From: Andalucia godoyi And28
Lineage: Eukaryota; Protista; Jakobida
Assembly: GCA_009859145.1 (NCBI GenBank)
Contig: VRVR01000058.1
Location: forward strand, 109,382 to 173,381
Direction: 5' to 3'
Length of the DNA: 64,000 nt
Shown here: positions 41,655-52,700 of the stretch, in pieces
Layout: each line of letters starts with the position of its first letter
How positions within the stretch are numbered: the first letter of the stretch is position 1
Program-made: the position numbers and the translations under genes
Notes under the pieces: model-generated
What the model was told of the DNA's origin: nothing
Databases searched by the model: none
What the model saw: the letters and a program-made list of their open reading frames with translations, nothing else

Positions 41655-43307
41655 ATGTTTGGCGGTCGGCTGAGCTCAGAGGATTGCGTGCGTCGATTTA
41701 GGAGTGTGCCCGGGTCGTTCATGATGGCGACTGCAGTTGTGCTGGCGGTTGTGTTTTACCGGTTTTCAGTGCACCAGGCACACACCGTTGTTGTACGGCA
41801 GACGGTTGCCGACGTCGTGTTGCCGCCGGCATCGGCTAAGGTCCCGGACTGGGTATCTGGGATGCCGGATGCAGAACTGCTGACGGACCTGTTCAACAAG
41901 CTGACGCTCAAGGCAGACTCGAATAGCGCCGTGGTCATGCTCTATGTGAATTATGCGTTTATTGTGCAGAAGTATGTGGAAAACTTTTTCTATTATTCGC
42001 GCAGAGCAGGCGTGTTTAATGTCGTGTGCGTTGCAGTGGACTCGCTCACGGTGCAGTACCTTGAAATCCGGGAGTTCTGCGCGGTGGTCGACGCCTCCGT
42101 GTGGAAGCGAGACGCGTTTTTGCCGGCACATGAGTACAGACGGGTCAACGCTGTCAAGGCGGTCCTCGGGCTGTATGCAATCGAGTTTGGATTCAACATT
42201 TTGTTTTCGGGCGCCGATGTTCTGTATGCAAAGAACCCATTTCACTACTTTTTGAATGACTCGGACGTCGAGCAGCAGTTCCAGCACTTTGGACCCGAGA
42301 GCGCGGTTGTCGGGTTCCAGCACCTCGATCATCTGAACAACGACTTTTTCTTCGTTCGCTCCAACAAGAAGACGAAGCTGATTATGAAGCACTTCCACGA
42401 TGCGACAATGTCGGATTTGCTCGTCAATGACCAGGATCTGTGGAATGGACTGGTGAGAAAGTACAATCACTGTTTCCAAAGACGAAGAACTTTGGAGGAT
42501 GCCGACGAGGTTAGCTGCTACATGCTCAACGGACCAATCTACGAGACCACTTTCAACGTGCGGTGCATCAGCTATTGCATTGCTCCATTCTCAGATGCGT
42601 ATACTCACAGGGAATGTCGGGAACCTGCTGCAATTCACTACACGGGAAACGATAAGTTCTGGAGAATGCGGGAGTCGGGGATGTGGCTCTTTGAAATGGA
42701 CACATACATGTACGGTCCTTGGATCCGACTGGACTTTTCCAAACTCAGCTCGAGCCTGCCGCTCGATGCCTATCGCAGCTTGTTGATTGCATTTTCGCAC
42801 TTTACCGCCAAGATTCCTGGAATGAAACTTGTCATGCCTCTCATTCCGTGCAAGCTCCATCCCGAGTACAAGGTATGGCTACACCGCGAGGAGTGCTCCA
42901 TCGACTTTTTCTTCCGCACCGACGTGATGATGGGCCTCTCCTTCATTCGCCCGCAGCAACATACATACATGAATCCGTTGCTTATGCATGCCGACCGCCA
43001 CGCAGTTGCCTGTGCCGATTTTGATCTCGCGACACTTCGATGCAAGGTGCAGACGTCGACGGCCTCCGACTTTACGCCGTCGTTAGCAGGAGACATGGGC
43101 CCTGACCTTGCGCTGATTGCAAAGACACGTGGAAACAATGATAGGACGCATTTCGTAATCGACGTTGTGTTAAGTGGCGGCGTTGAAAATACACTGCCCT
43201 CAAATCCAGAGATTGTTGCTGTGCAACAACAGGTTGGGCCGTCATTTTGTTTCCTCGAGCACAACTGGGATAACTGGGTCAAAGCAGGGTATGTTATGTT
43301 TCGCTAG
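41655..43307 (+). CDS. Nucleotide-diphospho-sugar transferase (GT77-like), type II membrane protein
   Basis: N-terminal TM; NVVCVAVD; K...GLYAIEFGFNILFSGADVLYAKNPFHYF; LNNDFFFVRS; NDQDLWN. Confidence 0.8.
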   Translation: MFGGRLSSEDCVRRFRSVPGSFMMATAVVLAVVFYRFSVHQAHTVVVRQTVADVVLPPASAKVPDWVSGMPDAELLTDLFNKLTLKADSNSAVVMLYVNYAFIVQKYVENFFYYSRRAGVFNVVCVAVDSLTVQYLEIREFCAVVDASVWKRDAFLPAHEYRRVNAVKAVLGLYAIEFGFNILFSGADVLYAKNPFHYFLNDSDVEQQFQHFGPESAVVGFQHLDHLNNDFFFVRSNKKTKLIMKHFHDATMSDLLVNDQDLWNGLVRKYNHCFQRRRTLEDADEVSCYMLNGPIYETTFNVRCISYCIAPFSDAYTHRECREPAAIHYTGNDKFWRMRESGMWLFEMDTYMYGPWIRLDFSKLSSSLPLDAYRSLLIAFSHFTAKIPGMKLVMPLIPCKLHPEYKVWLHREECSIDFFFRTDVMMGLSFIRPQQHTYMNPLLMHADRHAVACADFDLATLRCKVQTSTASDFTPSLAGDMGPDLALIAKTRGNNDRTHFVIDVVLSGGVENTLPSNPEIVAVQQQVGPSFCFLEHNWDNWVKAGYVMFR

Positions 43308-43384
43308 ATGCCCCGTTCCCCCCGCTTCCGCCTCGCGACAGCCGTCATCGCCATCGCTGGCATTATTGTTATTATTGTTACGAT

Positions 43385-43416
<32 letters not shown>

Positions 43417-43658
43417 TCGCCATCATCACCAAATCTTGTTGTCTTCCACGCCACTGAGAACGGCCATTTACGTCGTCTGTGTGACGCACAGCTGAAGCTC
43501 TATGTTTTCAATTTTTATTATGCAACGTGAGAAGAGCAGCAGACAACACTGCAAAACATAGTAAACACATAACAAAGGGAGAAAGGGAGAAGGGGGCAGA
43601 GCGGGCGAGAAGAACAGGAAAGGACGCAAGAAATCGAAACACAGAGTAATAATGCGAA

Positions 43659-44459
43659 TTAGCGTGCATTATTGTATGGTGTTGCAGTTGGTCTAAGGAC
43701 GATTTCGGTCGGGCAGCCTCTTGAAGGGAATCGGACGACAAAGAGCACTGTATCTGCAATGTCTTCCGGTTGCAGCATGAGGGATGGGATGCAATTCGGT
43801 CTCGTGTTGACAAGGGCAGTGTTCACGGTTCCTGGGCAGATGACGGACACCTTGATGTTGCTTTCTCTGAGATCTTCGAAAATTGCATGTGAGAATGCGC
43901 GAATTGCACTCTTTGAAGCGCAATAAGCCCCTGCATTCTTGATTGGCACGACCCCTGCAAAGCTCGAGATGAACACGATCGACTTGCCGAAGCCAGTTTC
44001 TGGGGCACTGAGCAGCACAGGGGACATCAGCTGGGTGAGATGAATGACTGATGCAATGTTGACGGCGACACATGCGTCCCACGCAGCGATACTGCTCTCT
44101 GCAATGGCCCCGTGGCCCAGCACTCCCGCCGAATGCACAACAATCGTAAAGTACTCGACAGCCGCCAATGCCTTTTGCACCGCAGCGTCCACACTCGCGG
44201 TTTGCGACATGTCGCACTCAATGCACGTCACCGAGCACGCCGGATCCGTCTCCTCCAGACTCCGCTGCACGCTCTCAAGCTCCGTCATCCCACGGCCCAT
44301 CAGCACCATCACGCGGACACCAGACCGCAACAGACGCCGGCAGATCTCGGAGCCTATGCCCCCCGACGCACCCGTGACCAGCGCCCGGTCCGAAGAAACG
44401 GCTGTAGACACAGCCGAAGATGCTGCGGCCGCGGCACTCGCCAAAGTCGTGGTGCTCAT
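43659..44459 (-). CDS. Classical short-chain dehydrogenase/reductase
   Basis: ALVTGASGGIG (TGxxxGIG); catalytic Ser in FISSFAG; YCASK (YxxxK); IKVSVICPGTVNT. Confidence 0.95.
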   Translation of the reverse strand: MSTTTLASAAAAASSAVSTAVSSDRALVTGASGGIGSEICRRLLRSGVRVMVLMGRGMTELESVQRSLEETDPACSVTCIECDMSQTASVDAAVQKALAAVEYFTIVVHSAGVLGHGAIAESSIAAWDACVAVNIASVIHLTQLMSPVLLSAPETGFGKSIVFISSFAGVVPIKNAGAYCASKSAIRAFSHAIFEDLRESNIKVSVICPGTVNTALVNTRPNCIPSLMLQPEDIADTVLFVVRFPSRGCPTEIVLRPTATPYNNAR

Positions 44460-45074
44460 GCAATGGCGCAGGTGACAAGTGTGATGCAGCTACCTCCAGA
44501 AACCCTTCTCTCAAAAACAAGCACGCAATTCTACTTTGAACACCGAGTAACAACGATCAATCGACAGCTGCACAACCGCCCAAATGAGCACACGTGGACC
44601 CAGTGGACCAATAAACAGAAAGAGAAATAGAACATCACAAGAAGCGGGGAAAAAACAGCGCTAGTCTCAAGCATCAAGATGCTCAAAAAAAACAAAAAAA
44701 AGGCTGACGGCAAATATCCCCTCAACTCAAACGATACTGAAAAACAAAAAGGCTAGAATAATGCGGCACCTTCCAGGAAAAATTTCCTCCGGACTCTCGC
44801 GCGAGGCTACTTGTTGGGTTGTTGCAGCGTCAATTGACACCTGCTTTTTTTTTGTTGCATCGTTGTCTGTTTCTTCTTGTGCTCGTTTGTTTCATTGGTG
44901 CGTTTGCGTGTTCAGATTCCACTCTTCTCTTCCCTTCTTTTTTCCATACCTTTTCTGTTTTTCATTGTTCCTTCTTCTGCGATCGTATTGGTTTGGGTTT
45001 GCTCAACCAAATCTTGTCGACACACACAGACACACACAGATACATCGTGGAGAGGGATCGAGGGATTGCGGACC

Positions 45075-46718
45075 ATGCTGTCGTATTCATACTCTTCGAA
45101 TCGGCGAGTGAGGACGATGCGCAACAGCGCGATGGTGCTGTGCGGCATCGGGTTCCTGATCTATCTGGTGATCGCTTCAAATGAGCACTACAAGACGCCG
45201 GAAAAGATCAGAAAGTCAAAGTTGACGGACGGAGACGGGGTGGTGGTATCGTGCAAATCGTGGCTGGACACGCCGTATGCGCTGCCTGCGTTTTCAGATC
45301 CGCCTGCGCCACCGGCAACCGAGGTGCTGAGTGCCAAGCAGGGCTATCTGCAGCGAAACATCGCGGCGTTTGCACTGCCGACGTACAGCGAGCTTGTTGC
45401 TGAGCCAGAGATTGTTCCCGCGAGCGCGCCGTCGGACGTCACAGTGATTCTCAACGTGTGGAAGCGCGTGCACTTGCTCGAAAATCAGATCAAGGCTCTG
45501 CTGAAACAGACCGCCCCGCCTGCGCACATCTGGGTCGTTGCATTTGGCTCGGTGCAGTACGACGACGCGCTGGAGCAGGTTCAATCTATTAAGAAGCTGT
45601 GTGTGGGAGCCAGCATTGATGTATTTTACTCCAGCGAAAATCTTGGCTACTATGGCCGTTTTGAAATCGCACTTTCTGCAAAGACACGGTACGTGTGGGT
45701 CGTCGACGATGATGTGCTGCCCGGAACAGAGTTTCTGCAATTCCTGGTACATGCAATGAGGACAAAATACCGAGGAGTGCTTGGGTCGATTGGGTGGCTG
45801 TTGCCCGGTGCCCGTGCCGACTTGTCAGTACCATTCCACTTTCATTACACGCAAGGCGGCGTCATGTTTCCGGACCCGTGGACAAAGGTGGAGGCGACCC
45901 GACTCTCCCCAGTCGATTATCTGTGCTCGACGTGGTTTATGGAATCCGCCTGGGTGCCGCTGCTGTTCCGTGACCCACCGTTCACGCGAGACACTGGAGA
46001 GGACTTTATGCTGTCGTACGCCGTGCTGCGCCATGTGGGGCTCCAAACGTATGTGTTGCCAGTTGACGCCGCGAACAAGGAAACGTGGGGAAGCATGGAA
46101 CAGAAGCTTGGATGGTCGCTGGGCACTACAGACTGGAGGCGCACGATCCGGAGAGACCGCCAGTACTTCTTTTACCTGCAGCGAGGACATGCTTTTCAGT
46201 GGATGCGGCTGTACGAAGCCGAGAACCATCCATTGCGATGCAGATTACTGCTGGCAACCAGCGAAACGGAGCCAGCGGCAGTCCGCGGGTTCCTCGATGT
46301 CTTTTCTGCACCCTCGCTCCCCGCGTTTGTGCTGCTGATCACTCCAGACGAGAAGTCTGCGCAGGACTTTTCCAACGCGGTCAATGACCCACGCCTGTCG
46401 TATGTACCCTTTGAAGACATTGACGACGCAATCTCCGACGTGGACGTTGTGAAGTGTCACAAGATCGGACTGTTTGTCTTCGTCGGAAACGGACCCGATT
46501 TCGCCACCGACGGCTTGGAAACCCGGCTTCAGACGTTCCTCGAAGGAATCACTCCTGTTGACGTCTTTGCGATCCCAAAGGCCTCTGTTGCACGGCACAG
46601 CCAGATCCTCGGTGGCGTTTCCTCATTCGACGAGGAAGTCGCCGTTGCTGAAGTCTTGTTCCGAAAACGCGGATACACTGTGCAAAAGTACGAAAAACAG
46701 AAGCCCGTCAAACAGTAA
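45075..46718 (+). CDS. GT-A fold glycosyltransferase (family 2-like), type II membrane protein
   Basis: TM after MRNSAM; VTVILNVWKR..LENQIKALLKQT; NLGYYGRF; YVWVVDDDVLPG (DxD); VDYLCSTWF; TGEDFMLSY. Confidence 0.85.
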   Translation: MLSYSYSSNRRVRTMRNSAMVLCGIGFLIYLVIASNEHYKTPEKIRKSKLTDGDGVVVSCKSWLDTPYALPAFSDPPAPPATEVLSAKQGYLQRNIAAFALPTYSELVAEPEIVPASAPSDVTVILNVWKRVHLLENQIKALLKQTAPPAHIWVVAFGSVQYDDALEQVQSIKKLCVGASIDVFYSSENLGYYGRFEIALSAKTRYVWVVDDDVLPGTEFLQFLVHAMRTKYRGVLGSIGWLLPGARADLSVPFHFHYTQGGVMFPDPWTKVEATRLSPVDYLCSTWFMESAWVPLLFRDPPFTRDTGEDFMLSYAVLRHVGLQTYVLPVDAANKETWGSMEQKLGWSLGTTDWRRTIRRDRQYFFYLQRGHAFQWMRLYEAENHPLRCRLLLATSETEPAAVRGFLDVFSAPSLPAFVLLITPDEKSAQDFSNAVNDPRLSYVPFEDIDDAISDVDVVKCHKIGLFVFVGNGPDFATDGLETRLQTFLEGITPVDVFAIPKASVARHSQILGGVSSFDEEVAVAEVLFRKRGYTVQKYEKQKPVKQ

Positions 46719-47120
46719 CCAGCGCTTGTTTTTGAATTCCTTTTTTGGTGTTCCCCGTCGCGTCCTGACTCCTGTTCATGCCCACAGACAGTTTCTGGGT
46801 CTTTGTTTTTTTGGGGGGGAGGGGGATTCTCCGTTTCCAAGACGAATCGTGTTTCCCTGCAAAGTATGCAAGATCCTGCAGCAGCTGCTCCGGCATTGAC
46901 GATCATAGTCTCTCTCCATCATTTCATCTTCTCCTATTTCTTCCCCCCTCCTTTTTATATGTGTTGTACTATTATAACCCGTACTGTCGTCCTCCAAGCT
47001 CAGAGTGTACCCTGGGGCACCAGTAAACCTTGCATAGATTAGTCATTTGTAGTTCTGCATGTTGCCACTGATGCTGCAAATTTTGGTTCCGACTTGCTGG
47101 TGGAAGTGTTTCATAAAGGT

Positions 47121-47169
47121 GCCGTTGGATAATGACACGTCATCGTCATGCATACGGAAGTACATCCAT
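47121..47169 (-). repeat. Dispersed ~49-bp repeat, copy 2 (inverted relative to 2745-2791)
   Basis: Reverse complement is atggatgtacttccgtatgcatgacgatgacgtgtcattatccaacggc. Confidence 0.7.
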
Positions 47170-47510
47170 TCATCGCGGTTTTGTTCGCTTTTCATTTACA
47201 AATACTGAAAATGGTCCACAGCATTTTTTCTGTGATAATGCTGGGGACTGGTAGAGTTGGGGACGGCGAGCAGTCTGGCACACGAATATCGCCTGGGGAC
47301 GACGTCGTTCAGGAGTTATACGTAAAATATTAATTACCTAATTCCCGACTACAGTCGTTTTTTATCAGTATATTTTTCAACAGTGAATCTGTCCTCGCCG
47401 CTGCACCCAGTGATGGAATGTGGCACGGGGGACATCCCATGCGTGCGCTCCGAGCCTTTTTGTTGCCCGGCGGGACACTAAACACGCTCGCAAAGAAGAG
47501 ACAGGGAGGG

Positions 47511-47631
47511 TGTAATCTGTTGCATTCCGTTGAGTTATGCAGAGTAAACAGAGCAATGCATCCAGATTGGGTTCTTTATTGTACCACGCGTGCTCATCGG
47601 GGGGTGCGTACGGCGAGGTACAGCGCACACA
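47511..47631 (-). mobile_element. Putative short 3' LTR of the Ty3/Gypsy relic
   Basis: On the minus strand a purine-rich ggggcgggagc tract follows the integrase stop. It is followed by TGT..., an internal AATAAA and an ...ACA end at 47511. No second LTR is available to confirm. Confidence 0.4.
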
Positions 47632-47643
47632 GCTCCCGCCCCG

Positions 47644-48640
47644 TCAGAGCCGAAGCAGCCGTTTGCGCACTATGTCGTCTTGGTGTGAGAGGCTTGCGGC
47701 GATGGCACTGGACTGGGCTTCGCAGAGTTCCTGAACGTACTCCTCGACATTTCGAATCGGATCGGGTCCTTGTGCAGTACCCAGCAGGTGACGACTGAGA
47801 TTGACGTTGCCTCCGTACATAAGGCGTGCAGGTGTTGTACCCAGCGAAGTATGGGGGCTTGCATTGACGATACGCTGCACCAAAGGCAGCACTGAGCTCC
47901 AAGAGGCGACAACTCGGCGATCCGTGACGATCGCTCGGATGTGCCGTACCACCTCCCCGTTCGTTCGCTCAATCAGTCCGTTGGACTGGGGGCGATACGC
48001 TATCGTGTATTGATGGTCTGTGCCGACAAGACGCAGGAGATCTTCGATAATTTGAGCGGCGAACTGTGAACCGTTGTCTGTGCGGAGTGCCTTGGGTGCA
48101 TCGTAGCGACCGAAGATAGGAAACAACGCTGTTGCTGCTTCGTGTGCGGTGACACCTTTCGTCGGAAACAGCTCGACGAAACGTGTGAATGCGTCCATGC
48201 ACACGATGAGGTAGCGATTTCCCAGATCGTCCAGAGGAAAGGGGCCGACCGTATCCACTGCCACCACCTCAAAAGGTTCTGTTACGACAGTGGTATGCAG
48301 TGCCGCTGCGTAGCTGCCCTGCCCGAGGCGCACCTTCTGGCAGGTTGGGCATGGCTGGATAAAGTTGTGAACATCATCCTCCAAACCATCCCATTGTATG
48401 CCGGACTCTCGAAGCGACTGCACCGTGGCCGGATGACACAGCGAAACAACGCGACAAGCAGTTGGCGACAACGTTCACTGCTCCTGGCACGTGCACGACG
48501 TGAAAGTTGAACTCGGCCAGGCGCAGGCGCCAGCGCATGAGCTTCGGTGACGAAGACTTTGATATGAAGGTAAGATTGCGATGGTCGGTCTCGACTGTAA
48601 ATGCATGCCCGAGTAGGTGGTGCGACAAGGTAGTCACGGA
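47644..48640 (-). mobile_element. Ty3/Gypsy retrotransposon pol relic: RNase H C-terminus plus truncated integrase
   Basis: HHLLGHAFTVETDHRNL..KLMRWRLRLAEFNFHVVHVPGAVNVVANCLSR (RNase H). W..LEDDVHNFIQPCPTCQK, PFEVVAVDTVGP, LRTDNGSQF and PQSNGLIERTN (integrase D,D,E). Linker and integrase C-terminus are deleted. Confidence 0.92.
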
Positions 48641-48646
48641 GAGAAA

Positions 48647-48985
48647 CTACAGCTTCCCGAGGGATTCAGGTATGTATCTGCTCAACTGGTTGGAATCCAA
48701 CTCCAAGTAGACCAGGGCGCTGAAATTTCCCACGGATCCTGGCACAGACCCTGTTAACAATGTCGATCGGATCTTCAGTGTATTCAACTGAAGCAAATTG
48801 CCCACTGTGTCCGGCAGGGTTCCCGTAAGGTTGCTGAACGAAAAGTCAATCTGCCTAAGCGCGGTCATATTTCCGATCGAATCTGGGACTGGACCTGTCA
48901 GTTGGATGTTGGAGGAAAGATCCAAACTCTGCAGTGTATTCAGACGCCCAATCGACGCACGCATGCGACCGACGAGATGTGTACG
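48647..48985 (-). pseudogene. Fragment of a plant-type (GxIP) leucine-rich-repeat protein
   Basis: About four 24-25-aa repeats such as LQSLDLSSNIQLTGPVPDSIGNM, LRQIDFSFSNLTGTLPDTVGNL and LVYLELDSNQLSRYIPESLGKL. There is no credible start, and it ends at the RNase H junction. Confidence 0.8.
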
Positions 48986-49702
48986 AGAAATGCTTGATGA
49001 ACGGGGAATCGCGTCGGTCACCCCTTTCTTCGTTGAAACATACAGTGAGGGTCGGTTTCCAGGCGGCAATCTCAAAGGACTGCCGATGTGAGACGCATGA
49101 GCGAATGAAATTTAAAAGACAAACAATAGAGGATTATAAACGCGAACAGAGGTTTCATCAGAAATCACTACGACCATTTTGAAATAATAATCTAATACTG
49201 TACGTTTCTGCGAAAGGGGCGTGAAGCTCGAGCGAAAATTTGCAAAAGAAGCGGTTCAAACAGAAAATGTTATGACAGGAGTCATGTCACATTCTTTTCC
49301 TCAATGTGTGCATGCCATCAGTTTTCTTTGACTGCTGGGTTTCCTCTCCGCGAGGAAATCCAACCAGGTGTTTCCGAAGACAAAAAAGGGAATTCCGGTT
49401 AAAGCCACGTATAAGCAAGTCTGCAAAAACTTCGGAAATATCCAAGCAATGTATGGGATGTTGATCACGATGTTTGACATTCTGTCAGGAAAACAGTTGT
49501 GATGTCTTATGAAAGGAAAGGGCCACCACAACACACAGTTGCTGCTGCAACAGGAGATTGGTCGCTTCATTTTTGACGATTTTTGAAAGTCGTACGCTGT
49601 CCCACTTGATTATTATTATTAACGACCTTAAGTACTTCATCATTTCAATCATATTTTTGCCTTCTGAAATCAAAGTTCTGCAATCCGAAGTGAGCCCACG
49701 CC

Positions 49703-52700
49703 ATGGGAAACCATTTCCTCCCATTATGTATCCTTGCATTTATGTTTTTGGGGTGCACGGTGAGTGTTGGAGCCTGTCCTGCGGGCCAGTACGAGGTTAT
49801 CATCCCCTGGTTCTGGCTCCCGGGGTGTGGTTCTTGTTCTGTTGGGTACTATTGCCCTGGAGATGGCGGTCGGTATCCATGCCCCGCTGGAGATTATCAA
49901 CCATCAGAAGGTGCAGCCGCTTGTGATCGCTGTCCGGCAGGGAAGTATCAGCCATCGACAACATCAACATCTTGTCTGGATTGTCCGGCAGGAACATATC
50001 AACCAAATACTGGGGAAGCATCGGAATCGTCATGTACGAAATGCCCAATCGGAACGTACTCTTCCGTTGAAGGCTCTGGATCATGTGCGTCTTGTCCAGC
50101 AGGAACATATCAACCAAATACTGGGGAAGCATCGGAATCGTCATGTACGAAATGCCCAATCGGAACGTACTCTTCCGTTGCAGGCTCTGGATCATGTGCG
50201 TCTTGTCCAGCAGGAACTTATCAACCAAATACTGGGGAAGCATCGGAATTGTCATGCACGAAATGCCCAATCGGAACGTACTCTTCCGTTGCAGGCTCTG
50301 GATCATGTGCGTCTTGTCCAGCAGGAACTTATCAGCCGAATATGGGCGAGTCGTCAAATTCATCATGCATAGAATGCCAAGCCGGGACATTCTCTTTCGC
50401 TGCAGGTTCTGCGTCGTGCACGTCTTGTCCTGCGGGAACGTTCCAGCCGAACACAGGAAAAACATCGGAATCGTCTTGTACAAAATGCCAAGCTGGGACC
50501 TATTCTCGCACCGTCGCTGCTACTTCCGATTCAACATGCATTCCATGTTCTGCTGGAACATATTCTGACATTGATGGGTCTACATCATGTGCGTCCTGTC
50601 CTGTTGGTACGTACTCAAGTAGTGTGGGTGCTTCCTCTGAGGCCACTTGCATCGATTGCGTTGCGGGCACGTATTCCAATACCACGGGTGCCACGTCCTA
50701 CGCAACTTGTGTGTCATGCGAACCTGGCTCTTTCTCACCAAATGCGGGTGCTGCAGCATGCATGGAGTGTCCTGCGGGGACGTATTCACCATCCAGTCGT
50801 GCATCTTCCAACTCCACATGTCTTCCGTGCAAAGCAGGGACATATTCTCCTATTGTGGGCGCAGCGAATGAGACCGTCTGCATCCCATGCCAGCCAGGCA
50901 CGTATTCGTTAATATATGCAGCAATTTCGAAAGAAACCTGCCAAAACTGTCCGGTGGGCACATTTTCGTCCGTTTCTGGCGCCTCTTCATCGACCACGTG
51001 TACTGACTGCCTAGCCGGTGAATTCTCCCCCGAAGATGGTGCGACGACGTGCCTTGCTTGTCCAGATGGGAGCTATTCTCCTGTTTCTCGCTCAGCATCT
51101 TGCGCCATTTGTGAAGCGGGGACGTTTTCTCTTAGAAACGCTACTCAATGTTTGATTTGCCCTGCAACAACGTTTTCTTCAGCGAATTCGTCCAGCTGCA
51201 CAAATTGTCTTCGAGGACAAACTTCTTATTCCAACTCTTCCTCATGTTTTTCTTGTTCAGAATGGTACATTTCTTCTTCAGGAAATGACTCGAACTCCGG
51301 AGCCTCATGGACTTCTGCATTTTCTTCTCCCAATCGAGCCACTCAAGTTGTTGCTCCCGGAAATATAGTCCATTCTATGTCCGGACTCTATTATATATAT
51401 GATTCTGTCGAAATGTCCGTCAACAACGTGACTTGGGTTGCTGATGGTTCCGTTGTGTGGAATTGTGCGGGCCCTGCTGTCGTTGGTGCAACAGTAACTA
51501 CGAGTGTAGACATTGCGAATATTAGTTTCCAGCATTGCTCGCCCGCGATCAAGACGTCTGGAAACTCAACGGAGTTGACTCTCCGGAATGTAACCTTTGC
51601 GAATAATGCTGGGCGCGGTGCTATGCATATTGGAGGTGGTGGTGTCGTTTTTCACGTTGCGGTTGTATTTTTTAATAACACGGCCACGTCCGTGCCAGCG
51701 TCCAATGAGGGTGGTGCTATGACAATCACAAATGGGAATGTGTCATTCATGTGTTCGGTTTTGCTTGCTCACTGTTCTTCGAATGGCTCCGGTGGTGCGC
51801 TGGTAGTCACTTCGGGGAGCGTGTCTTTCCTTGCAGAAGGAACTTTCACTTCCAATCGCGCGGGACTTTCTGGAGGTGCCCTGTATATCAATGGATCAGC
51901 CTCTGTAATGTTTGGAGGCCCCTCCATGTTCTTCAATAATTCTGCCGATATCGGTGGTGCTCTGTGGGTTGGAGACGGTGGTACAGTCGAGTATTTGGCA
52001 AACAGCACTTTCACTGCTAACAGTGCCTCCACAGGAGGTGCCATCTCAGCGGATCAGGGCACAGTCACATTCCTGGAAGCCGCAACTCTCGAGGGCAACG
52101 TAGCCGAGGTCGGAGGGGGGTTATGGCAGCAATATGGAACAGTTCGGTTTCTTGGAATGACAACAATTCGCAATAATACAGCGTTGGGGTACGGTGGTGG
52201 TGTCCTGTTGACCAATGGCACTCTTTTGGCTTCTGCACAGACTCTTCTTTATGGAAATCGTGCAATGCATGGAGCTGCGGTGGCCATCTTATCTGGTAGC
52301 GTTCTGTTTGAAAGTGCCTCGGAATCTGTCCAACAAAATCTGCTTGCAATGTCCGCTGGTCCCGCATTGGTTCGCATTGCATGCAACACTGCTCAAGGAA
52401 ACGGTGGTGCATTAATAATTGAGGGCGGATCTGTGGTCTTTGACTCTGGTGTCCTCTTCCTGTCTAATACGGCAGCTGCATATGGCGGATGTCTGTTTGC
52501 CGTGGGTGGAAGCATTTCCTTCACCAGCACCTCCGTTCTTGACTCGAATCAAGCATCTATGGCAGGCGGAGCAGTGTACATCTCTGGATCGGCAAATTTG
52601 AAGTTCAACTCTTCCGTGGTCTCGAACAATACTGCGCAGAACGGCGGAGCTCTATATGTAGATGGAGGACGAATTGCTTTTCAAGATCCTGTGCAATTTG

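Noticed and set aside
47377-47628. ORF downstream of the integrase as a possible chromodomain
   Set aside because: It lacks the Y.VKW.G / TWEP pattern. The region is better explained as a PPT plus short LTR.
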